A stretch of DNA of 64,000 nt. It comes from the human T2T-CHM13v2.0 reference genome, Homo sapiens. Where the stretch lies: the NCBI RefSeq assembly GCF_009914755.1, contig NC_060947.1; one strand, given 5' to 3'. Under the pieces are notes generated by a model that searched no databases, was not told the DNA's origin, and worked only from the letters and a program-made list of their open reading frames with translations. The position numbers were made by a program, and so were the translations under genes. Positions 61,828 through 64,000 of the stretch are shown here, piece after piece (positions within the stretch are counted from its first letter, which is position 1; each line of letters starts with the position of its first letter).

Positions 61828-63064
61828 CTTTGTGGTTTTATCTACCTTTGGTCTTTGATGTTGGTGACCTACAGATGAGGTTTTGGTGTGAATGTCCTTT
61901 TTGTTGATGTTGATGCTATTCCTTTCTGTTTGTTAGTTTACTTTCTAACAGTCAGGACCCTCAGCTGCAGGTCTGTTGGAGTTTGCTGGAGGTCCACTCC
62001 AGACCTTGTTTGCCTGTGTATCACCAGTGTAGGCTGCAGAACAGCAAATATTGCTGCCTGATCCTTCCTCTGGAAGCTTCGTCCCAGAGGGGCACCTGCC
62101 AGATGCCAGCCAGAGCTCTCCTGTATGAGGTGTCTGTCAGCCCCTACTGGGAGGTGTCTCCCAATCAGGCTACATGGGGATCAGAGACCCACTTGAGGAG
62201 GCAGTCTGTCCATTATCAGAGCTTGAATGCTGTGCTGGGAGGACCACTGCTCTCTTCAGAGCTGTCAGGCAGGGACGTTTTAGTCTGCAGAAGCTGTTCC
62301 CAAAGCTGCCCCTACCTGCAGGTGCTCTGTTCTAAGGAGATGAGGGTTTTATCTATAAGTCCCTGACTGGGGCTGCTGCCTTTTGTTCAGATATGCCCTG
62401 CCCACAGAGGTGGAATTTAGAGAGGCAGTCAGCCTTGCTGAGCTGCGGTAGGCTTTGCCCAGTTTGAGCTTCCTGGCAGCTTTGTTTACACTGTGAGCAT
62501 AAAACCGCCTACTCAAGTCTCAGCAATGGCAGACGCCCCTCTCCCCACCAAGCTCCAGCGTTCCAGGTCGATCTCAGACTGTTGTGCTAGCAGCAAGAAT
62601 TTCAAGCCAATAGATCTTAGCTTGCTGGGCTCTGTGGGTGTGGGACCCACCGAGCCAGGCCCCAAAGGGAATCTCCTGGTCTGCTGGTTGTGAAGAGCAT
62701 AGGAAAATCATGGTATTTGGGCAGGGGTGTACCGTTCCTCCCGGTACAGTCTCTCACAGCTTCCCTTGGCTAGGAAAGGGAAATCCCCTGACCCCTTGCA
62801 CTTCCCGGGTGAGGCGATGCCCTGCCCTGCTGCGGCTTGCCCTCCGTGGGCTGCACCCACTGTCCAACCAGTCTCAGTGAGATGAACCAGGTACCTCAGT
62901 TGGAAACGCAGAAATCACCCATCTTCTTTGTCAGTATCGCTGGGAGCTGCATACCGGAGCTGTTCCTATTTGGCCATCTTAGAAGAGAGACCAGTTGATG
63001 CTTTTATTACATCTTGAGGTTACAGGAAGAATAAGGGCTTGTAGCATGGCAAGACAGGTTATGG

Positions 63065-63065
<1 letters not shown>

Positions 63066-63097
<32 letters not shown>
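63066..63097. repeat. (GA)n microsatellite within the LTR
   Basis: Direct observation. Confidence 0.9.
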
Positions 63098-63102
<5 letters not shown>

Positions 63103-64000
63103 CATAGGGGCTTTATTATATAGTTGAAAACTCACAAGTAACAGGTCTCAGAAAGAATAGATGAAAGCCTGTGTTTAGTTCAGCTCTCCTAGATCTCCTA
63201 AGCTAAGTGGAAGAGGCTCAGAGAAAACCTGGCTGTTTATTTCATTAATGTAAACTTTTCTCTACAGATGGAAATCTACTCCACAAAAGGCAACTTTTCA
63301 GGGCTATTTCTGTCTGTAGGCCCTCAAAATATGTCACAAAAGTATATTTTGGGGTGAAATATACTTTGATATGATTATTAATATAATCTAATTATATTAA
63401 TACAATTCCTTTAATATAATTTTAATTATATTAATGTAATTCCTTTAATATAATTTCACTTCTTTTAAGGGAGGCTGAACATCTTATTTATTTAAATGTT
63501 ATTTTATTATACATGAACTACCTATTTATATCTGCTGCTAATTTTATTAGGTTATTCATCTGTATTTTATTGATTTGAGGAAACTATTTATTAGGCTAAT
63601 ATAGATATATTATTAGCTCTTTGTCTGTGATGTTAATTGCAAGAAATTTTCCCTAGTTGTCTTTTTAAAAAATGGTTTTCTATTTCAATTTTTAAAATGT
63701 AGTCTATTAATTATTATCAATTGGTAATTAATTATTTTATAGTAATTTATTTATTTGATCTATTTTGAATTTATTCTGATGCATTTGTAATGTATGTATT
63801 TAACTTTTAAGACATTTCAAGATGTCATCCGATTGTTATAATTTTTTAAATGAATTATGTTTTTTGTAATTAAGTCAAAATGCCACAATTTTTTCTGTGT
63901 ATTTACACTATATGGACATTCTATTCTGTTGTATTGAACTGTCTCTCACATGCCAATATTGATAGCAACAAAAGATAGCATACATGAGAATAAACTTGAA

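Overview
Primate, very probably human, genomic DNA. The single intronless gene matches PPP1R2C (PPP1R2P9/inhibitor-4), which I recall lies on Xp11.3. This PP1-inhibitor-2 retrogene (minus strand, 23485-24093, 202 aa) sits in a CpG island with an unusual hexamer-repeat upstream region. The rest is mostly transposon-derived. There is a complete but decayed gag-pro-pol-env HERV-F-type provirus (8309-17026, tRNA-Phe PBS, GAATC TSD) and three non-coding MER4-group-like proviruses with paired LTRs (25440-32858 +, 34742-40920 -, 50479-~63370 -). A full-length disrupted L1PA (56772-62992), about 10 Alus, solo LTRs, MER5/MER58 DNA elements and L2/old L1 remnants make up the remainder. Notable details read from the sequence: a decayed whole tRNA-Glu copy in the leader of a non-autonomous ERV, with a homologue in a second one; an L1 3' transduction; a hairpin-loop micro-inversion at an LTR polyA signal; a 149-bp templated insertion with a stuttered junction; and an array of MYB/CRE/RFX-like motifs upstream of the retrogene. 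Repeat subfamily names are from memory of consensus sequences and were not searched.
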